DNA of 64,000 nt from positions 1-64,000 of the forward strand of contig JBJCIZ010000810.1 of NCBI GenBank assembly GCA_051294375.1. Direction: 5' to 3'. The translations under genes and the position numbers were made by a program. Numbering within the stretch: position 1 is the first letter of the stretch; every line of letters begins with the position of its first letter. Source of the DNA: Paraspadella gotoi (lineage: Eukaryota > Animalia > Chaetognatha). A model generated the notes under the pieces. The model saw only the letters and a list, made by a program, of their open reading frames with translations, did no database searches and had not been told where the DNA came from. Positions 14,619 through 26,756 of the stretch are shown in pieces.

Positions 14619-15512
14619 TAGAGTGTAGTGGAAAGTTAACGTATGGAAAATTCTAAAAGTCATTATGGAACAACATACTATCAGTGAACATTAATTGTAA
14701 AAAAAATTAATATTCATGTTTTTAATTTTCACAATAGGCTATATTTATATGAAATTGGTACAACCAATATAAAAATTATCCATTCATTTATAATAAGCTA
14801 TCTTGCCCTGACTTTGGACAGGCTTTGGTGGTTTAAGGCCTCCATCACTCTTACAAGATAATTACATAGCAGGTCCCTTCAAGCTTTCAAATCAAGACTC
14901 TCTTACAAGTCTCAGTTTATTCACACTCCAAGATCCTGGCTTCCTCTATCAATGAAGTGGTATAATATTTCAAAGAATGTTTCAATTGTATATATAATAC
15001 TATCCTTTTAAAATCGAAAAATTTCAAAATAAGCTTTTCTTAATTTTGATTGCAGATTTGAATTCCTCGTCAAAAGTTGATTAAAGAAAATATAAATCCT
15101 TTTTAAAAATTATTTCATTAAGTGGGTTAAAAATTAAAAAAACTATATATAATATATATATTAAATGAATGGATAATTTTTATATTGGTTGTACCAATTT
15201 CATATTAATTTTCAGCTTAAAATATAGCTTTTTCTAATTTTTTATCCACTTAATGAAGGAATTTTTTAAAAAGAGTTATATTTCTTTTTATCAACTTTTT
15301 ATGACGAATCCAAATCTGTAAAAAAATCTTAGAAAAAACTGTTATGAAATTTTAACATTTATTGGTTTAGTACTAGTATAAATATGGCCTACTGCGTAAA
15401 TTGTAAAATTTATTATAATTTTTTTTATTACATGTTTATGAGTATAATGTTGTTCGTTCCTTACTTTTAGAATTTTAATTAAAGTTAAATTTAAAAATTT
15501 TACTACGCCTTA
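14619..15512. mobile_element. hAT-type MITE (same family as 62614-63234) carrying nested insertions
   Basis: Ends tagagtgtagtg...tactacgcctta; degenerate 8-bp TSD ctaaacaa/ataaacat; body co-linear with 62614-63234. Confidence 0.75.
14749..14988 (-). mobile_element. Longer copy of the same 3'-end fragment, nested in a hAT-type MITE
   Basis: Minus strand reads EEARILECE...KLRLVRES...KSDGGLKPP, which resembles the C-terminal part of a Penelope GIY-YIG endonuclease (ILxxE..KRxxxE..NxDxG). Confidence 0.45.
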
Positions 15513-17397
15513 ATAAACATATCCTACGAGTCTGCAAAATTTTTAAAAAAAATTTTAATTATGATTATTAAACCCAAATTTAAGGTCTGATGTTACTTCA
15601 CCTAGATCAGGCTGATATAGTTCTTTCACGAGTACTCGCGACCCAAATAAAAATTAAATAGTTGGATTTATTCTACAGGGAAGTCCAGCTCTTTTGGGAC
15701 TAGATTAAAAAAATTGTTTTTATGGGTAAATATTATATTAATTAACTAAAATTTATTACATATGATATAAGAACACAATCTTTAAAAAAAATACAAAAAG
15801 TATAAATTACATAAGACACGATGAAAGTAAGCATGGCATAGTATATGCAGCCATAAATAAAAAATCGGTGATTAAAATCATAATCTCTGAATAAGTTATA
15901 ATCATGGTTTTCTTCATATATGAAAAAAATTAATGCAAAATAATATTTGGTAGTTAGGATATGACTAAATATAAAATAATTTAAAAAAAGTAATATATAA
16001 AATAATTTGTTTTCTTATAATAGTCTAACTCTATAACCCATTTCATCCATTTTTTCCATTTACCCCTCATATCTTGTTGGTAAATTACTTGGTTCATCTT
16101 AGAATACTGAATTATAAAAATTTATCAGAAAAAATTGAATCTTTCCTTCTTTCCATATATCTATTTGATCGTTTATCTATTTATAACTTTAACCTGTTAT
16201 TACACTTGAGTGAATTGATGGGTTCATCTAAAATTATGTTTATGGCCAGAAAAGAGGTTGATTAATCTTAATATCAAATTTGGACAAAATAATTCTGGTA
16301 TCAATCAATTTAAATAAAAAAAATAATTTTAATTATTTATTTATTTTTTTTTTAAAGTAAAAATATATAATAACAATAACAATAATAATAATTATAAACA
16401 TAACAACAAGTACTCTTGCTCTTTCTCACTCTCTATCTCTCTTTATTTTTTTATCTTTCTTTCTTTCAATCTATTTTTTTTCTTTTGATCTCTCATTCTT
16501 TACTTACCTTTTCTCTGAGCTCTTTACTTTTTATACTTTTATCATTCCAATTCATCTTCTTTATAAACATTAACTTAAATAAAAATTATTAAATCTTTTT
16601 TTAAAAATTTTTAAAAAAATTAAACTGACCTATAATCACTGAAAATTGTATTTTTACTCTAAAAGAGCAAAATGCAAAATTTGTCCCTTAAATCCAGATC
16701 TAAAATTCTTAATGCTTAAAATATTTTTTTCCAAAATGCTTTTTTTTTAGTTTTTTAAAAAATAAAAATTTTTATGGTATAGAAATTATAGTCCAAACTG
16801 TTTCAAAATGCTTTCCTTATTCTCTTCCTCAATACAGGAGGAACACAGTAAAAAAAAAGTCAAATCTTGAAAAATTAGATAAAGTTTTTAAATTTAAAAT
16901 AATAAAATAATAGATCAGAGAGTAAGATCTTTATCTCAGCTATCATTTGGTATATAATTATAATCATTTTTAAGATTTTTTGGTTATATGGTATAACTGA
17001 CAAATCAAAGAGTACAAAATTTTGTCAGAGATTTTTGCCACCACGAGTTTGTTTCTTATTGCCTTTTTACTAATTTTTCTTTTTTGTACATAAGCGAGGG
17101 TTATGGTAAAAGTAAAGGAAGTCTGGTAGAACCAAACGCGTTAAGTATTATTAATATAAAGCTTCAAGTTTGGCTCACAGATTAAGAAATATGATAAAAA
17201 TTTGCATGGGTAAGCTTCACCACGTTAACTTGCATCGTGTCATAACTACCCAATAGATTTTCAAAATATTTTTGATATTTATCTTTTAAAAATTAGCCTA
17301 TTTTCTAAATATAGTTTCTTTTTTTTAAACGCTCTTGCGTTGTACGTCCATAAAATTAGTCCCAATAGGACTAGAGCTCTGTATAAGTTAGCTAATT

Positions 17398-18006
17398 CTA
17401 TAAAAAAATTTTAAACCCTACCAGAAGCTTTTCTGTTAAAAAATTTATACCTTTATGATTGAAATGTAAACCATCTTGACAAACAAAATTTTCTTCCTTA
17501 TGAAACATTTCTGGATCTACCTTAAAAATACAATCCCTATGACAGCTACAGCGATAATCAGTATCATTCAATTTTTTAATAACTTTATTAACATCATAAA
17601 TGTAATCCTCATTACGAGATTCTAAAAATTTAGTGTTACTGCACAAATTAATTTTTCTTTCACACAGTGGAACATGAAAAATTTTTAGGTCTGTATAATC
17701 TTTATATAATCTGCAAATGTCTTGTTTAATATCCGTGGCGATAATTTGACTTAATTTGGAGGGTAACTCTTCCGAAAAGTTAATATGCTTGCTAATGTCA
17801 TTTTGTCCCATACTTAAAACCAGTATTGAATGTTCTTCCCGTAAATGCTTATAAATATATCCATGCTTTCCAATCAAATCGTTAACCTTAGCCCCAGAAT
17901 AGGTATGTACATCAATCTCTTTTATTTTCGAGTTTAAAACCAGGAATTTCAGGTGGTCATCATTAATTTTTCTGAGTAGACTGTCCGATAAGAAAAGAGC
18001 TGACAT
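17398..18006 (-). CDS. Standalone SGNH/GDSL-type hydrolase (esterase), 202 aa, intronless
   Basis: All four SGNH blocks are in order: I 'LFLSDSL' (catalytic Ser), II 'YSGA', III 'SMGQND', V 'DGLH'. The ORF is uninterrupted and has an in-frame stop upstream of the ATG. Confidence 0.85.
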   Translation of the reverse strand: MSALFLSDSLLRKINDDHLKFLVLNSKIKEIDVHTYSGAKVNDLIGKHGYIYKHLREEHSILVLSMGQNDISKHINFSEELPSKLSQIIATDIKQDICRLYKDYTDLKIFHVPLCERKINLCSNTKFLESRNEDYIYDVNKVIKKLNDTDYRCSCHRDCIFKVDPEMFHKEENFVCQDGLHFNHKGINFLTEKLLVGFKIFL

Positions 18007-18247
18007 TTTTTCCCAATGATATAAAACTGGCTAAAACCCCGGGCCCCAGCTCGTGGGTTGCCGAAGTCATGAGGAAGACGTGGACGTAGAGGGGGAAGAG
18101 CAGCTTTGTGAAGGTTCCTCCGTCTTTCAAAATATTAGAATGTTGTTCAAGGCATTAATATATTCAAGTAAGTCCAGCTCTTTTCTAAAATTATTCAATA
18201 ATTAATTTAATTTATAAAAAAATAATATTTTTCGATGAAATATGGTA

Positions 18248-18470
18248 TTATGGTGGACTAAAATCCACCAACCATTCATCAGCGGCCATTGGTGCCGGAG
18301 GCAAGTCATTCGCCTCCCAACCCAAAGGTCCGGGGTTCTAGCCCGATGGTTGACTGGCAGTTAAGAGGGACGGGGCGCTTAACCCGCCTGTAACATGGTG
18401 TTACAGGCTGATCCGAAGCTCAGGGACTGCTTATATTGAACGGTTCTGTCATTAACACATAATAATAATT
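18248..18470 (+). mobile_element. tRNA-Gly-derived SINE, full-length copy
   Basis: A-box-like tggtgccggaggc, anticodon arm 'cgcctcccaac' (CCC at 18316-18318), B-box-like ggttctagccc, structured body and (TAA)-like tail. Several other copies occur in the window. Confidence 0.8.
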
Positions 18471-18645
18471 ACTGTTTCTTCAGTATGAATTTTATAATAC
18501 TCTTTAATATAAATTTCATTTTTTCTCTTACTTTCTCAGAATGCCTCATTTCATCTTAAATTTGAAATTAAGTTAAATTTTTTAGCTAAAAATGAGGTTT
18601 GAAGTTAAGTTTACGGACCAAGTTAGGGATAAGGTTAGTCATTAA

Positions 18646-18712
18646 AGTTCTAGTTGGTTGGCGACTTCGCCATGGCGATATCGCCAGGGCAAGTCGCCAA
18701 CCAACTAGAACC
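18646..18712. mobile_element. 67-bp palindromic mini-MITE, Kolobok-like
   Basis: TIR (a/g)gttctagttggttggcgactt with TTAA on both flanks (18642-45, 18713-16) and purine-purine termini. A related end is at about 30290-30352. Confidence 0.6.
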
Positions 18713-21561
18713 TTAAAATATTTGTTAAATACATTTTTAGTATTATATAATCTACCCGATTTACTATTTACTAAAGTGAAATGAAATTAAATAAAGGTTT
18801 TTTTTCATATATTAAAACAATTCTGAATTGCATTAATCTAAAGTTTGGTTTGATTCAGCTTGCCGTCTTTTTTGGTACAAAGAGAAATGATATGACATTA
18901 TAAATGACATTCGTCTGGCAATAAGGTTATCCTTTAAAATATAAGATAAAACAACCCTAACTGACTAACTTTGTTCTTTCTTTGATTAGTAGTAGTCAAT
19001 TTTCGGTTTCTTTTATTGCTTTTATCGAATTTTACTGACCGACTACATTAAGTGTCTCATGGGTATACTTTAAGGTTTTATAGGTTTAAGAGATGGCACT
19101 TTTTTGTTTCTCTCGCATCCTCTCTGCCCTACCGTGTATTCTTTTAAGAATTTTAAAAATATTTAACTTTTACTTGATGTTTTAACCCTTCTTCTATAGT
19201 TACGCCATAAAATCTTTCATGGAAGAGATGGACCTGCCTGTAATATATTAGTTCAGATCGAATGAATAAATGTTAAAATGACCAGACGACGATTAAGATT
19301 AAGATTAAGAATTAATGCAAAATTATCTAAAATAAAAGAAAACGCGAATTATTGTAGGGTGAATAAAAATTGTAATAAACCAAAGAGAAAAAATTTGTAA
19401 ATATAATAATTAATAATATTGAAAAGTGAAAACATTGACATTTTATGATTTTTTAATTAACAGATAAAGTTAATAATATGCTTTGCTGTTTCTTTACACT
19501 GTATAAAAGAATCCAGTTCTCGGGAATAAAAATTTTATTTGAGCTATGTTACAATGACAATTATTTCTAAAGTGGTATCATTATTGAATACAAAAATAAT
19601 TTTTACTCAGTTTCCAAGGAGAAATGAAATGGAATATACAATATAATTATTGTAATATTAATAAATTAATAAAATGCAAAATGAGTTTTTTAAAATGTTT
19701 CTTAAATGATAACATTTCACAAAATGGTGATGATAAAATTTTAAAAAAGGTATAAATTCGTGAGTTGCACTTTCTGTAATAGAAACTCTTATATGAATCA
19801 ACATTCTAAATTTTTTTTTTAATTAAAATATTAAGAAAAATATTTTTAAAAAATTTTTTTGAAAAAAATTTGTATCTGTTTGTTTTAAGAAATTATAAGG
19901 ATACTACATTCATGTGCAAAAAAAATTGGTCAAGTGGTTTAGGAGATTTGATTTTTTAAACTTGAGTGTTCCAAATCAAAAAGGGAAAATTGAATATTAT
20001 TAAAAAACTTCAAAATCATTAACCTAGCATTTATTTTTTTTTAATAACTTTAAAATTATTATTCAAGGATTTGGATCAATCCAATAATCCAGCTATCCCT
20101 CTCGATGTCCCTTTTAATTTATTTTTATATCTAATCTATTATAAAATTTTAAAATATAAGAAAAAAAGATTAATCTTAAATGAATAAAAAATTTTGACGT
20201 TTATCTTTTTCAATTTTTTTTTTAAATCATTGCTCCCAAATGAATAGCCTGATTTTTAAAAAAATTATATCAAACTCTTTATCTTTGAATAAATTTTAAT
20301 TTTTTTTAAATTATTTATTTTTTTAAAAAAATATGTGGTGATTTTTAAAGGCTGATATAAAGTGGCGCGTTTTTTTTGCATATGACTGTACTATTGTACA
20401 ACAAAGAAAACATAATAACTGATACCGTTTCAATCATAAATTTTTTTAAAAGGGCTTAAATTTTATTTTTTGTGGGTACAAAAGAAAAAAAAATATTGTA
20501 ACATCTCTCAATCTTTTTATAAATCCACCATACTGTGTACTGCAGATACTGTAAGAGAACAACAAAACCAAGACGGCATTAACCAATATATATTTTTTTA
20601 AAGTAATATTCCTCTGTATATAAAATAATTGGAGAAAGAAAGACCCAGGTCAAAATCTTTTTTTTTTAGATAAATATTCCACAATGATACAGTATAATGT
20701 TATATCTTAACCAATGAGTGAGTTTGGAATTAACCAGGATTTTTTTTTTATAAATTATACCAGAGAAAACATGATAATCTTTTGTGTATATACTATTTGA
20801 GATGAACAAAAGGAGAAGCGAACCAGGATTTTTTTTGGAAAAAAATATTGTATGTTTATGAGAGACATTGGAACAATTGAGATCTTTAAATGAAGATCTT
20901 TAAACTAAATATCCCACTATATATCAGATAGGCGAACAAAAGAAGGAGCGGGGCAATAACCTGAGGGTCTTTGTTGAAAATATTTCACTTTATATAAGAT
21001 AGGCAGACAAAAGACGGAGTGATTAAATAACCCTAAGAAATATTTTTCAAATTATTCCACAATGAATAAAGCAGGCGAGGCGCATTTAATATGTTTTTGA
21101 AAATTTTCCCAATCTGAATTCAAAATAAGATTATAACCGGACCACAAAGAACTGTCATATCCAGGGTAAATAAGCTATTAATTGGGATCCATGAAAAAAG
21201 TATATAACATTTTTAATAAAGGATATCTATACAAAAACTTGTTTGCTTTTAAAAAAATCTGAATGTTTCCGAATCTACATTGAATTACCCTACAGTGGCT
21301 TCCTTCTATTTTTTTGTAGGTCAAATCGTTTAAAAGTTAGAGGCCAAAAAATATGGTTACTTCAAATAAAAAATTGAAAAAAAATCATATTTAATTTTCC
21401 TCCATTTTTGGTATTGAGTTATTTGTTTTTATTTTGAATAGAGTTAGTTATTTTTTTTTTTTAATTTGGCAATGCTAAAGGCCTTACACCATTTTTTGGT
21501 TTGAAAAAGTGCTATTATACCTTTTAGAAAAGAGGGAAAAATATTGGGTCTGAAAAGAATT

Positions 21562-21672
21562 GCGTTAAAGATGTGGAAAAACATTTCACTGTCATACCTC
21601 AATTTGCTGTATGAGAGCATGCCCAGACGAATGTAAGCAGTAGTCGATGCCGAGGAAGGGCATACCAAATAC
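21562..21672 (+). pseudogene. Tc1 transposase C-terminal remnant
   Basis: ALKMWKNISLSYLNLLYESMPRRM*AVVDAEEGHTKY matches the Tc1 end motif W..I......L..SMP.R..AV..A.GG.TKY; one internal stop. Confidence 0.8.
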
Positions 21673-22315
21673 CCATATTTTGTATACTTTTTATTGATTA
21701 AATGAATTATGTTATATACTTTTTTCCTAGATAGTAGAATGAAATAATATTTATTTTATTTTATATTATATCAAAATTAAATCAGTTTTCCAACACTACC
21801 CGAGAGGTAACTGACTTAGTGTCGCTTTTTTTAAAGTGGTTTCGCCAAGCCTAAATATCCAGTCTATCGGTTGCCTATTTTTAAAAATTCAAGTTTTTCC
21901 TTTTTTCTTTTTTATAAATTTGAATCTTTACCTTTTTTTGACTAAACTAAAAGTTTATTGATTACTAATACTATATATCTTTGGAATTACTGACTAGCTT
22001 AAGACAATATTTTTACAAGTTTGATTTTAAATGTGTTAAACTAGCTGGATATCTGGATAGCCCTAGTCCACTTTCAATCAATAAAATTTGAATATTTAAT
22101 TCATTCAATTTTTTTATTTATACCAGTATATATCCAACATGAAACCATTTAAAAATAAGTTTTTTGAAAGATAATTCCAAAGAAAGATTTTGTCACTTAG
22201 ACGTGTCACACAGACATTTAAAAATATTTATATTTGAATCCATAAATATCGTATTTTGTTTCCAAAACTGGTCACACAGACCTTTTAAGTCAACCAAAAG
22301 TGTTAAAATTATTGC

Positions 22316-25300
22316 TTATTGGCTCAATCCATCAATCAGCAATATAAGGTTGCCCTTTTTAAGCTCACTTAAAAGAGGTATTGTTTGTCTTTCACCATTT
22401 ATTTCAGTAACAAATTTCATTATTTTCTTTAATGGCTTTACTATATCAATTATTTTTCCTTGTACCCAAAACACTTGTCCATTATCTTTAACTTTTAAAT
22501 GAAAATTATGCTGAACTAATTTTTCTGGATTAGACAAATAATAATCATAATTTTCCTTTGATTTTTTGATGGCTCGTTTTTGCTTTGCTGTTTCTATCCT
22601 TTCTTCTATTGTCGATATTGTAGCTTCAGCAGCATCAGTGATATCCGAAATAACATTAGGAGCTTCTTCAATAAACTCTAGTTTTCTTAAATGTGGATTT
22701 TCTTCATATATCATATCTAAATGAGCTAGTTTTTCTTTCAAACTGTATTCCTTTTTATTTTTGCTCTTGTTGAATACATTTTTGTCAGAAGATTTTGCAT
22801 CCCCAATTCTTTGTAAAAATTCAATCATGAGGTTAATAGCAGATATTTTTTCTTTTTCACTTTGTAATAATTTTAACTTATTTGGAATTTCATGTTCCCA
22901 CCATGGAGGACCATAGGATTCAGTAAATTTTCTTACAATTTCCAACTTTTTTAGGCCTTTTGCGTTATCTTTTTCGGTTTTTGATTCAATCATTTTCTGA
23001 CGTTTTTCCAATAATTCTTTTTTGTAATTTTCAGATAATTGCAGGTCTTGTATTTTGTTTTCCTTGTAAGACTTTCGAGCAGAATCAACTATTTTATGTT
23101 GTTCTTCTAAACTTTTAGTATCAAGAAATTCCAATGGCTTATTTGTCCTTAACATTGCATCCGTTTCCAATGTAGTTGGATTTGCTGTTGGTTTAGAATT
23201 TTTTATAAAACGAACAAGTCCAAAGAGTGCTTCTCCCCTTTGATTCGTAGTTGGAACACTGGCTGTCGCGTCTACAAATTTTGGATCGTCTTGGAGTTTA
23301 TCCATTAATCCACCAGCAAGGAAATCATTAGCCTGATTTAAAAGAGTGTGCAGCATTGCATTGCCAATGACTTTAATCAAAGATGATATTTGCTTTTTGT
23401 CTAAATCGTTAGTCAGTGTTAATTCCATCACTTTTGCTACTTTTTCTTTCTCCAAAAATACTGAGGGGAAAGAAGATTTTCCCTCCATCAATATGCTTCC
23501 ATCTTTTCCAATTTCAGATAAGAAATCGTGGAGGTTTTGCAAATGTGGAATAATTTCTAAAATATGAACCTGAGTTTGAGCATATTCATCATTGCGATCT
23601 TTACCATAAAGTACTCTCCAAAATGGTGAAATAATAAAAACGTCACAAAGACTCATTGCCATTAGTTGATAAAGCGCTAGTTTATCTTCTAAATCATATT
23701 TGATTGAATGATAAATTTGGCAACTATCCTCAAATTCAAAGAAAATCCGGAGATGTTCTAATAAAGTAAGAGCTCTGGTTGAAGCAGGGAATTCAATTCC
23801 ACATCTTTCGTGTTCATAATGGACTACATTTGGAATTTTATTTTCCTGGCAGTATGCCTTAAATTTTGGAACTTGCTTCCAAGTTTGTTCTTTTTGATGA
23901 GGGTGAAAGACTGCTGATAGATTTTTTACCAGTCGAACCACAGCTGGAGTTTCCTCGGGAAAAGCATAATCATTTTTACTTTTGTTAGAAGCCATGTGTT
24001 TTGATTCTGTGATGCGCAATGCTTTGATTACAGAGCAACTCATATTACTAATGAGATGCATCTTGCAATAAAAGACATTGATTTTTGCAAGATTTGAAAG
24101 TTGGTCATTTGATAATTGATTATTTTTCAAAACAGAAGGAAGTAATTGACGCTTAAAACGTTCAAGTTCTTTTGCAAAAGCTCCATTGATTGGTGCTTGA
24201 TCTGTCATCGTATTTGTGATCTTTGAGATTATTTCTGCCAACTTTTCTAATTCATCTTCATCTTCTTTAAGTCCTTCTTTGGCAATGTCAATAAACTTTT
24301 CGTGTACATAAGATAGCAGCGATTTGGCGTCCTCATGGCAGATGGCACGCAGCCCTAGTTTCATTATAAAAATATTAACTAATGAGGATTAAAAAAATTA
24401 TTGACAATCATTACTTACCAAGAGTCAAGTATGATCCATCAGAAAAATGAATTTGAGACCCTAAGAAACTCATCGAGTTGTGTGTTGCCGAATCAATGGC
24501 GATGGTTACATCCTTTTCATCTTCAAGCTTATCTTTTATTTGTTTTTTTAACAAGGTTCGACTCTCTGTCATAACTCTTGAAATGAAAGTTTTAGAGGGA
24601 GTTCTAGTCAAATCTGTTCCAGTCAATCTCTTTAGTACTGACTTCATAACCTATGAATTATGAAGCAAGCTTTTAAAACACAATGTATAAAAATAATTTT
24701 TCTAGACATTTTATTGTATAATCTCTTAATTTAATAGTATAATAATACTTGAACTAATGATAATAATAAGTTTTAGTAATTAATTTTTAATTTTATCTTA
24801 TTATAAAATTAAAATTATTATACCTGAGGAATTTTTCTGGCTGGAATTCCAAGCTGAAGAAGATCCCATGCACAAATACGAATTTCATTTGTATATTTTC
24901 CATTTTCAAAAATGCATAATTCTTGGTCTTTTAATGCATCATTCATTTGCTCTAATACAGTTATTTTTTTTGACTGTATTTTTTTGTCCTTTTGCATCTC
25001 ATTGATGACGTAATTGTATTTTGTACAATTTTTTTTTGTTTTTTCCTTATTCTTCCTATTTTGAATTTTTTGTTGAGCAAGCTTTTGCTGAAGAATGCGT
25101 TTTTTCCTTTTTTCTTTTGCTAATTTAGCTAAGAAGTCATTAATTAATTTATCCTTCTGTTTTAGTAGCTTTTCTAGGCCTTTGCTTTCAATCTGACTTT
25201 TTTTTAATTTGCCCATTATTTTTGATACTTTGATTTGCTTCCTGACCTTCATTTTTTTGTTAACCTTTTTTAAGGTGTAAATTTGTTTAATGAGCTTGGC

Positions 25301-26604
25301 TTCTCTTCCTGATTGATTTTCTTTGTAATTATTCTCAGTGACAAAAGAAATATCAAATTTAGAACTTGATGATCGATTATCATTTTGATTTTCATTAACA
25401 AGCTCAGCAGTATGATTAACTATACTTTCTGATATTGATGTAGTTGGATAATGAATCATCTGACCTTCGTCGATCGAATTGTTATCCACATCCAACAAAT
25501 TTGAACTTTTAATGTTTATCAAAGGGGAATTTGGTAGACATTGACAATCTATCTTTGAAATTGAATCTAGAGATCCTAGCTCTAGTGATTCATTGTAACT
25601 GTCTACTTGGTGGCTGCCTGAAAAATTGTTGCCAGTTTCATCATAAATAGGTAGCAATCTTGATTGAATATTGCCTGCTATATTTGTGGTCAAGGCAAGG
25701 TCTGGTGTGCTTGGATTTAATGTATTCAGGTAGTTGTCATTAACGGGCTGACTCAAATTGTTTAACTGTTCATCTACCCTTTGAACATGATTACTTTCTT
25801 GGGAGAGATTAGGCTGAAATTCGCAATCTAAAGAAAATTTTTAAAAATGTTTGGTAAGGAATGCAGAATGTTGGATATGAAATTTCACCTATCAACTGAC
25901 TATTTTTTATAAGTTTTATAAGTTAAAATTAAACTTTTTTTATAAAAATAAAAAAATTCTACTACCTTTTAAACATAAAAATGGCTCATTAATATGCTAT
26001 ATTTTGTCTTTGCTTTGATCAAGCAATAATGGACTATGACCTCTCTCCCATTTAAGTAAGTAGACAAGGATTTCTGGGTGAAACCAACGTGGATTTATTT
26101 ACAAGAAAATAGACAGTGAAAATGGTGTCAATTTTTAGACAGAGTGACTTGCCATGGAAAACAAGAGCTATTTATACAATGGAATCGGATGCGTGACTCA
26201 GGCAACTTTGCCCGCCCGATGGAAGCCCGGCTGACCATTGGCCGGTGCCATTTGTCGTTTGACCAATGAGAAAGTCTCTAGTAATTTCTTCTCGCGTCGC
26301 CGATCCGATTCCGACTTTTAGGTTCGATTCCTCTGCGATGCTCCTTTTATACTAAAAAAATTAACTAATAAAAAATACCTCTTAACTCTTCAGCGGAAAA
26401 AAATGACTGGCTAAAATAATTTTTTCCCAATTCAGTGTTTTCTTTTCTTTTTTTTTTTAAAAAATGTAGTTTCCGAATTCTAGTTGAAAGTTTTTTTTCA
26501 GAAATAAGGACGTTTGGAAAGGATTCTAAAACAGTTTGGACACCAGCTGAAATACTCAACCCTTGTGTGAGCAGCCAAATTTGTTTTTTTGTTGGTATAT
26601 CCAT
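22316..26604 (-). CDS. Multi-exon DDE transposase with CxxH insertion domain (divergent hAT-like), predicted about 1166 aa
   Basis: Exons 26604-26379, 25827-24824, 24650-24419 and 24354-22316 join through GT-AG introns in matching phases (3501 nt, no internal stop). Motifs TIAIDSAT (D1), TMTDQA (D2), FYCKMH (CxxH) and PTTNQRGEALFG (E). The link to exon 1 is less certain than exons 2-4. Confidence 0.8.
26168..26267 (-). promoter_or_regulatory. Pol II promoter-like motif cluster
   Basis: On the minus strand: two CCAAT elements (26263-67, 26237-41), GGGCGGGC (26210-17), TGAGTCA (26194-200), then TATAAATAG (26168-76), within a GC-richer island. Confidence 0.4.
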
Positions 26605-26756
26605 TTTTTGTTATTAAGAAGCAGAATCCTAATTATTTTGAATAAAAAATAAATTCAATACCAATTTATGCACCATTTTTGATTAATTTTAGAGATTGAT
26701 CAAAATTACATACAATAAATCCTTTATTAATAAATCAGAAAAGAAATTTATAATTC

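Noticed and set aside
14749-15203. A single TIR element bounded by atgaaattggtacaacc inverted repeats
   Set aside because: The interval contains host-MITE sequence co-linear with 62750-62900, so it is better explained as two independent insertions in opposite orientation.
18284-18355. Functional tRNA-Gly gene
   Set aside because: Imperfect cloverleaf, always attached to the same leader and body, dispersed with a TSD; this is a SINE head.
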